DNA of 64,000 nucleotides from an uncultured Eubacteriales bacterium (lineage in GTDB: Bacteria; Bacillota; Clostridia; Lachnospirales; CAZQDT01): positions 18,258 through 82,257 of the forward strand of contig CAZWZB010000014.1 of assembly GCA_964638835.1 (NCBI GenBank), given 5' to 3'. The translations under genes and the position numbers were made by a program. Within the stretch, counting starts at the first letter, position 1; every line of letters begins with the position of its first letter. The notes beneath the pieces are model-generated. The model was not told where the DNA came from, searched no databases, and was given only the letters and a program-made list of their open reading frames with translations. Shown here piece after piece: positions 57,742-64,000 of this stretch.

Positions 57742-59388
57742 ATGAATTGGGAGGAATATAAAGCTGAACTAGAGAAAAAAGGAAATATGCCAGAGGAATG
57801 GTATATATTAGGTATCGATTTGGGAACTACTAATTCTATAGTTAGTTATTGGGATAATTTTAACAAAAAGCCTGAACCTATTGATATAAGTAATGGTTTT
57901 GGAAAAATTCCATTACCATCTGTTGTTCAATATCGTAAAGATGAAGATGGTGGAGAAGGAGAATGGGTAATAGGTGAAGAAGCATATCGTTCTATGAAAA
58001 TCTATCCTGAAACTACTATTCGTTCTATAAAAAGAAAAATGGGTACATCTGAAACTATAAATATAAATGGAAAAGATTATTTACCAGAAGAAATTTCAGC
58101 TAAAATATTAGAAGAACTAATAGCTCATTGTCAAAATATGAATCCTAATGCAGAAATAATTGGTTGTGTAGTTTCTGTTCCATATGATTTTGATGATGCA
58201 GCTAAAAAAGCAACTATGAAAGCATGTCATTTAGCTGGACTTAGTGATAAATTAATTTGTCTTATAGAAGAACCAAAAGCCGCAGCATTAGCCTATAATT
58301 TTAGACATCAACTTAATCAAGACGAAAAAATAATGGTATTTGACTTTGGTGGTGGTACACTTGACATAACACTTTTTCATGTGTTAGAAAAAAATGAAAA
58401 TCATATAAAATTACAAGTTATTAGTGAAGGTGGGGAAGCTTTTCATGGTGGTGATAATGTAGATGATATAATATTATCACAATGTTATAAGTGGGTAAAA
58501 GAAAAAACAAACCAAGAGAAAAATGATATAAGTTTAGAAAATCAAGCAGAACTTTCAATGAGAGCAAGAGAAACAAAAGAAAGACTTTCAGGAGTTAAAA
58601 GTTTTAGAATACCTTTTACATTTTGTATTCCTCCTTTTGTTGAACAAATAAATCGCGATAAATTTGAAGAAATGGTAACAAATTTTGCTGAAAGTACAAG
58701 AAAACTTGTATTAAAAGCTTTACGTGAAGCATATACAGGAGCATTAACAGCTCTTGATATAAACCGTGTATTATTAGAAGGTGGGTCTTCTCAAATGCCA
58801 TGGGTTAGAGATATGCTTATAGGTATATTTAATGATGAAAATAAAATATACACTTCAGAAAGACCTGCTTTAGATATATCAATAGGAGCTACTTATTATG
58901 CTGCAATGAAAATGGGACTTTTATCTTCTCCAGATATAGAATCTGAAAAAACTTCTACATCTATTGTTGAGTTTGAAGTTACTGTTCCTCATGATATAGG
59001 ATTAGAAGTAACAAGCGGAACAAGAAAATCTTTTTTCCCAATGATAAGGAGAGGAACACCTTATGCATTAGCTAATAAAAGTCATATATTTACATTATCC
59101 GGTAATACTGAAGCTGATATGACAACTTTAGATTTGCGAATAGTTGAAAGAATAGATAAAGAAGATACTATAGAAAATTGTAAACTTATTGGTGAGGTTG
59201 AAATAACAGGACTACCGTCTCGACCATCAGGTAAAACTAAATTACAAGTTTCATTATCTGTAGAAGAAGAAGGCGGAATGGTTAAAGGTTCTGTTTGTGA
59301 TTTAGGTTTTACTGGACTTTATGAACCAAGTGGTTATAAAGTTGATTTTGAACCTGAAAGATACAAAAAAACAATATTAGAAGGATAA
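57742..59388 (+). CDS. Non-canonical Hsp70-family protein (NBD plus beta-sandwich SBD, no helical lid)
   Basis: 548 aa with GIDLGTTNS, DFGGGTLD and EGGSSQMPWV. Ends shortly after the beta-subdomain. No grpE/dnaJ neighbours and no CIRCE operator upstream. Confidence 0.8.
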   Translation: MNWEEYKAELEKKGNMPEEWYILGIDLGTTNSIVSYWDNFNKKPEPIDISNGFGKIPLPSVVQYRKDEDGGEGEWVIGEEAYRSMKIYPETTIRSIKRKMGTSETININGKDYLPEEISAKILEELIAHCQNMNPNAEIIGCVVSVPYDFDDAAKKATMKACHLAGLSDKLICLIEEPKAAALAYNFRHQLNQDEKIMVFDFGGGTLDITLFHVLEKNENHIKLQVISEGGEAFHGGDNVDDIILSQCYKWVKEKTNQEKNDISLENQAELSMRARETKERLSGVKSFRIPFTFCIPPFVEQINRDKFEEMVTNFAESTRKLVLKALREAYTGALTALDINRVLLEGGSSQMPWVRDMLIGIFNDENKIYTSERPALDISIGATYYAAMKMGLLSSPDIESEKTSTSIVEFEVTVPHDIGLEVTSGTRKSFFPMIRRGTPYALANKSHIFTLSGNTEADMTTLDLRIVERIDKEDTIENCKLIGEVEITGLPSRPSGKTKLQVSLSVEEEGGMVKGSVCDLGFTGLYEPSGYKVDFEPERYKKTILEG

Positions 59389-59455
59389 TTTAAATATTTA
59401 ATATTAATAGTAGTGGGGCTATCCTCTAATGTAAATGCATTCTGATATTATGTAG

Positions 59456-59475
59456 GGAACGAATTTATCCGTTCC
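59456..59475 (-). repeat. GGAAC-type hairpin (family 2)
   Basis: GGAACG-AATTTATC-CGTTCC. The reverse complement with flanks (GGAACGGATAAATTCGTTCCCTACA) resembles 51932-51956. Confidence 0.55.
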
Positions 59476-59605
59476 TAATGTAATGTATAAAAATTTATAT
59501 TTTTTATAATTATATAATTTGTTATTTAGCACTTTTAAAATATCCTTGACATACATTAAAATGTTTGTTATTATTCTTTAAAGTAATTATTTGGGAAGTG
59601 TACTT

Positions 59606-61003
59606 ATGATTTTTAGCAATTTAATATTTTTATCAATATTTCTTCCTATTACCCTTGCTGTATACTATATTACCCCTCGCAAGGGTAAAAATTTTGTACT
59701 TTTTTTAGCAAGTCTTTTTTTCTATGCATGGGGAGAACCTATTTATGTTAGTATAATGATTTTTTCAACTATAGTAGATTTTACGCATGGAAAGTTAATA
59801 GAACATTATCAACATTCATCTACTAAAAAGAAATTAGTTTTAATTTCTTCTATAATTATAAATTTAGGTCTTTTAGGTTTTTTTAAATATTCAAACTTTT
59901 TAATTGAAAATATAAATTTAATTTTCAAAACGAATATAAATACTTTAAACTTAGCATTACCTATTGGAATTTCTTTTTATACATTTCAAACAATGTCTTA
60001 TACTATAGATGTGTATCGTGGAAATTGTAAAGTACAAAATAATATAATAAACTTTGGTTGTTATGTTGCTATGTTTCCACAACTTATTGCAGGACCTATT
60101 GTCAGATATGTAACTATAGATGAAGAATTAAATTATAGAAAAGAAAGTATAAATAAATTTTCAGAAGGCTCCATTATATTTATAAAAGGACTATGTAAAA
60201 AAGTTTTATTAGCAAATAATGTGGGTATGCTTTGGGATAGAGTATATTTATCAAATATATCAGAATTATCTACCTTATCGGCATGGCTTGGTATTATAGC
60301 TTTTACATTTCAAATATACTTTGATTTTAGTGGCTATTCTGATATGGCTATAGGTTTAGGTAAAATGTTTGGTTTTAGCTTTCCACAAAATTTTAATTTT
60401 CCTTATATATCACAAAGTGTATCAGAATTTTGGCGTAGATGGCATATTACATTATCAACTTGGTTTAAAGAATATGTTTATATACCTCTTGGTGGTAATC
60501 GGGTAAGCACTATTAAAAATATAAGAAATATTTTTATAGTGTGGGGATTAACTGGTATATGGCATGGTGCAAGTTGGAACTTTGCTGTATGGGGATTATA
60601 TTTTGGAATAATTCTTATAGCAGAAAAGTTTGTATTAAATAAATATTTAAAGAAATTACCAACATTAATAAAGTGGTTATATACTATTTTATTAGTTATA
60701 ATAGGTTGGGTATTTTTTAGTTTTGAAAATTTAAACGAAGGAATAATATTTTTAGGTAAATTATTTTTTATAAATAGCAAACTTATAGATGATACTGCAC
60801 TATATCTATTATCATCATACTACATTATATTAATAATTCTAACTATAGCGTCAACTCCTTTAATCAAAAATATATTACTTTCTATAAAACAAAAGTATAT
60901 ATATAATGTAGTTATATGTACTTCATGTATGATAGGTTTAATATTAAGTCTTGCTTATATAGTTGATGCAAGTTATAACCCTTTTTTATATTTCAGATTT
61001 TAA
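59606..61003 (+). CDS. MBOAT-family O-acyltransferase (AlgI/DltB-like)
   Basis: Polytopic, with FWRRWHITLSTWFKEYVYIPLGGNR containing the conserved His. Start trimmed to ATG 59606. Confidence 0.85.
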   Translation: MIFSNLIFLSIFLPITLAVYYITPRKGKNFVLFLASLFFYAWGEPIYVSIMIFSTIVDFTHGKLIEHYQHSSTKKKLVLISSIIINLGLLGFFKYSNFLIENINLIFKTNINTLNLALPIGISFYTFQTMSYTIDVYRGNCKVQNNIINFGCYVAMFPQLIAGPIVRYVTIDEELNYRKESINKFSEGSIIFIKGLCKKVLLANNVGMLWDRVYLSNISELSTLSAWLGIIAFTFQIYFDFSGYSDMAIGLGKMFGFSFPQNFNFPYISQSVSEFWRRWHITLSTWFKEYVYIPLGGNRVSTIKNIRNIFIVWGLTGIWHGASWNFAVWGLYFGIILIAEKFVLNKYLKKLPTLIKWLYTILLVIIGWVFFSFENLNEGIIFLGKLFFINSKLIDDTALYLLSSYYIILIILTIASTPLIKNILLSIKQKYIYNVVICTSCMIGLILSLAYIVDASYNPFLYFRF

Positions 61004-61110
61004 TAAGCTGTATGAAATTAAACAAAAAAGATTATAAGTTAACTTATTTATTTAATTATATCATACTCTTTAATACAAACCTTGTGATAAAAAACAAATT
61101 AAGTTATAAA

Positions 61111-61147
61111 GGTTATTTCATTAATGTAAGAAATAATCTTTTTTTAT
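61111..61147 (+). terminator. Intrinsic terminator after the MBOAT gene
   Basis: GTTATTTC / GAAATAAT stem followed by CTTTTTTT. Confidence 0.5.
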
Positions 61148-61178
61148 TGGAATAAATTATATACCACTGTGCATAATA

Positions 61179-61207
61179 TTGACAATTAAAATTTTTTAAT
61201 CTATACT
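61179..61207 (+). promoter_or_regulatory. Candidate promoter of the ATPase/RloB pair
   Basis: TTGACA (61179-61184), 17 nt, TATACT (61202-61207), 22 nt upstream of the start codon. Confidence 0.5.
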
Positions 61208-61229
61208 TTGCTTAGAAAGGGTGATAAAT

Positions 61230-62600
61230 ATGTTAGTAAGATTTAATGTTGGGAACTTTCTTTCTTTTAAAGAAGTACAAGAATTTTCACTAATAAAGGG
61301 TAGAACTGAAGATAAAAACAAACGTATTTATGAAACGGATAAAATTAAATTTCTAAAGTTTGCAAGTTTGTTTGGTGCTAATGGTTCAGGAAAATCAAAT
61401 TTTGTTTCAAGTATGATGTGTGCTAAAAATATTATTTTAGATGGAAAATATATTCCATCTTTAGAAGATATGATTTATTCACCAAAAAAGATATATTCAT
61501 TCAAATTAGATGAAACTTATAAAGAAAAACCTTCTTATTTTGAATTTGAAATAATTATTGATAATAATAATTATTCATATGGTTTTGAAATTTTATTAAA
61601 TAAAAAGGAATTTATTTCTGAATGGTTAATAGAATTAAATCCTGATGGTAATAAAGTTATTTTTGAAAGAGATATTAAGAATGGTAAATTTACCAGTTCT
61701 TTAAAAATAACTAATGAAAAGATTAAAAATAAATTTGAAGTTTATTCTGATGATATAAAAAACGATAATAGTGTTTTATTCCTTGGAAATATGAATAATT
61801 CTAAAGACGAAATATATAAAGATGAAAACGAATTAGGTATTTTTAAGAAAGTATACAAGTGGTTTAAAAATATCTTAACTGTGAATTTTTGTGAAAGAGA
61901 TGTTTCTAAATATTCATATTTTAAAGATAGTAAAAATAAAGAAGAAATATGTAAATTAATTAAAAGCTTAGGAACTGGAATTACTAACTTTCTTGAATAT
62001 AAATTACCAGAAGAAGAATTAAATTCAGGATTATTACGTTTAATCACAGAAGACCTTAACCTTTCATCCATAATTGATTTAAAAGATAAGAATTTTACTA
62101 GTATTATTAGATGGGATAAAAAACTTTATGTTATATCATTAGATGATGATGAAAAACCTGAATTAACAACCATTGTATTTAACCATGGAAATGAAACTAT
62201 ATTTCAATTTGAAGAAGAATCTGATGGAACACGTAGAATTTTAGACCTAATTGAAATTTTACTTACAACAGAAGAAAAAGTATTTGTTATAGATGAGATT
62301 GATAGAAGCTTACACCCTCAACTTACCTATAAATTTATTAGTGAATTTTTAAAAATAGCAGAAAAGAGAAATATTCAATTAATTATTACAAGTCATGAAT
62401 CACATTTATTAGATTTTAATCTTTTGCGTCAAGATGAAGTTTGGATTGCTAATAAAGACAATACAGGAGCAACAGAACTATATTCTTTAAATGAGTATAA
62501 TGTTACTTTTAGTAAACAACTTGAAAAAGCATACCTTGAGGGGCGATATGGAGGGGTACCAATATTTAGTACTTTATTTCCTATGAGCGAGGGCGAATAA
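61230..62600 (+). CDS. ABC-type (AAA_15/AAA_21-like) ATPase, AbiLi/RloA-like
   Basis: N-terminal Walker A GANGSGKSN. C-terminal signature-like ESDGTRR, Walker B VFVIDEIDRSLHP and H-loop ITSHES. A long helical insert lies between them. Confidence 0.8.
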   Translation: MLVRFNVGNFLSFKEVQEFSLIKGRTEDKNKRIYETDKIKFLKFASLFGANGSGKSNFVSSMMCAKNIILDGKYIPSLEDMIYSPKKIYSFKLDETYKEKPSYFEFEIIIDNNNYSYGFEILLNKKEFISEWLIELNPDGNKVIFERDIKNGKFTSSLKITNEKIKNKFEVYSDDIKNDNSVLFLGNMNNSKDEIYKDENELGIFKKVYKWFKNILTVNFCERDVSKYSYFKDSKNKEEICKLIKSLGTGITNFLEYKLPEEELNSGLLRLITEDLNLSSIIDLKDKNFTSIIRWDKKLYVISLDDDEKPELTTIVFNHGNETIFQFEEESDGTRRILDLIEILLTTEEKVFVIDEIDRSLHPQLTYKFISEFLKIAEKRNIQLIITSHESHLLDFNLLRQDEVWIANKDNTGATELYSLNEYNVTFSKQLEKAYLEGRYGGVPIFSTLFPMSEGE

Positions 62601-62602
62601 TT

Positions 62603-63550
62603 ATGAGAATTACTAAAGATTTTGGAAAAACCACACCACATTTTAAAACAATACAAGGAGAAAAAATTAAATATATTTTAGCTTTTGAGGGTAGTAAAAC
62701 AGAAGTTCAATATTTTGAGGGTATTAATAAGAATAAAGAAGAAATTGGGATTAATCCAATTATTAAACTTATATATGCTAAACGAGATGCATTACATGAA
62801 TCATATAGCCATCCAAAAAATGTAGTTGAATTATTAGAAAAATGTTTGAAAGAAAATATTATTGTTGAAGATGTGATAAATATAGTATTAGATTTTTTTA
62901 GTTATAATAAAGAAGATAATTTTATGAACGATTTAAAAAACAATTTAACTTTGTTTTTTTATGAAAATTTTCTGCTTAATATAAATAATTTTATAGATGT
63001 AACAAATGATTTAATATCAAAACTTATTTCACATCTTGAACAAAATAATTACACTATAGATGCCGAAAAGTTAAATCAATATATTAAAGATAAACTTATT
63101 CAATATGTTGATTATAGTACATACTCTAAAGATTTAGACCATATTTGTATTATTATAGATAGGAACAAAAGAAATTTAAGACTTCCTACAGATTATAATA
63201 CATTTTTAGAAGAATGCAAAAATAAAAAATATCGACTATTTGTTACCAATCCAGACTTTGAATTTTTTTTGTTATTACATTTTGATAAAGTTTTTAACTT
63301 TAATACACAACGACTTTTATTGAATCCTAAAAGGGATTTAAATAATAAAAAAAGTAAAAAGAAAAGATATTTACAGCATATTTTATCAGATATTTTTGAT
63401 GGATATAAAAAAGGAAAAATAGATTTTGATAAGTTTAAACCATACATAAAAAAAGCAATACAAAATGAAAAACAGTTTTGTGAAGATATAGTTAGATTAG
63501 AAAATGAATTAGGTAGTAATATAGGTTTGTTATTACAAGAAATTTTGTAG
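62603..63550 (+). CDS. RloB-family (Toprim-like) protein, AbiLii-like
   Basis: N-terminal YILAFEGSKTEVQYFEGI (RloB consensus ..CEGekTEpnYF) and C-terminal LFVTNPDFEFFLLLHF (consensus SNpcFElWlLLHF). Starts 2 nt after the ATPase stop. Confidence 0.8.
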   Translation: MRITKDFGKTTPHFKTIQGEKIKYILAFEGSKTEVQYFEGINKNKEEIGINPIIKLIYAKRDALHESYSHPKNVVELLEKCLKENIIVEDVINIVLDFFSYNKEDNFMNDLKNNLTLFFYENFLLNINNFIDVTNDLISKLISHLEQNNYTIDAEKLNQYIKDKLIQYVDYSTYSKDLDHICIIIDRNKRNLRLPTDYNTFLEECKNKKYRLFVTNPDFEFFLLLHFDKVFNFNTQRLLLNPKRDLNNKKSKKKRYLQHILSDIFDGYKKGKIDFDKFKPYIKKAIQNEKQFCEDIVRLENELGSNIGLLLQEIL

Positions 63551-64000
63551 ATATTATATTGAAATTAAAGAGAATGATAAATAAAGAATAATATTATTAT
63601 GGAGTATAGGGAATGCTTTGTGGTCGTCCACAAAAAATTTAGGAAGTTACAAATAAATATATAGTAATATAAAAACAACAGTTATACAGATGTGCAAAGC
63701 ACACCTCTACATATTGATTTTTGTATATAACTATTTATAATATTAATTTTTTTATAATTTTAAGTATTAAATATATTTGGTTATATATTATTTTATTACA
63801 AAGACTTGGGGTTTTAAGTTTAACTCCGGAGTTTTAATTTATGTTCCTTTTTCTTTAGTTTAAAAAGCATTAATAATAACTTTATTCTATAAGCAAAACA
63901 TTGTTGTAAATGGGTATTTACATTAAATATTTTAACATAATAACTGTGGTGCATGCATTAAATCTCCACAATCATTATTTAATTGATAACTTCAACATTA

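Noticed and set aside
63551-64000. Right-hand end of the window, examined for a partner gene of the MBOAT gene or a third gene of the defence module.
   Set aside because: There is no ORF with an SD on either strand. Only a TTTGTGG/CCACAAA hairpin and AT-rich sequence are present, so no call can be made.

Overview
A very AT-rich chromosomal segment (by eye, between a quarter and a third G+C) from a low-GC Gram-positive, Clostridia-like bacterium. The backbone synteny supports this: uxaB-uxaA, rny, tig-clpP-clpX, tilS-hpt-ftsH, rpsF-ssb-rpsR, purD, rubredoxin plus flavodiiron protein, rimO-pgsA, fhs, folD, and a gldA/F/G-like ABC cluster. The standard genetic code fits. I saw no rRNA, tRNA, CRISPR array, transposase or integrase. 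About 60 protein genes are supported, and most short ORFs in the six-frame track are antisense artefacts. Items of interest beyond the backbone: (1) a 56-aa stand-alone ClpX zinc-finger paralog between clpP and clpX, absent from the ORF track; (2) a 482-bp tandem duplication, each unit holding a 32-aa Hol-Tox/BsrG-like type I toxin and a convergent sRNA, also absent from the track; (3) directly downstream, an operon encoding a triple AP2-domain protein, an unknown protein and a DraRnl/Rnl5-type RNA ligase; (4) a VTC / DUF4956 / CotH-kinase triad, with a decapeptide-repeat insert in CotH; (5) a small membrane-peptide cassette with a consensus promoter, a sequestered SD and complementary 5' and 3' ends, partly duplicated around a stand-alone EF-Tu domain-III-like ORF; (6) a self-contained ABC-type ATPase plus RloB/Toprim pair (AbiL-like candidate phage defence), next to an orphan MBOAT and a lid-less Hsp70 paralog; (7) two families of dispersed G+C-rich palindromic hairpins; (8) adjacent disrupted NUDIX and GNAT genes. 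All domain calls come from motif recognition by eye. No database search was possible, and RNA ends and promoter calls are estimates.
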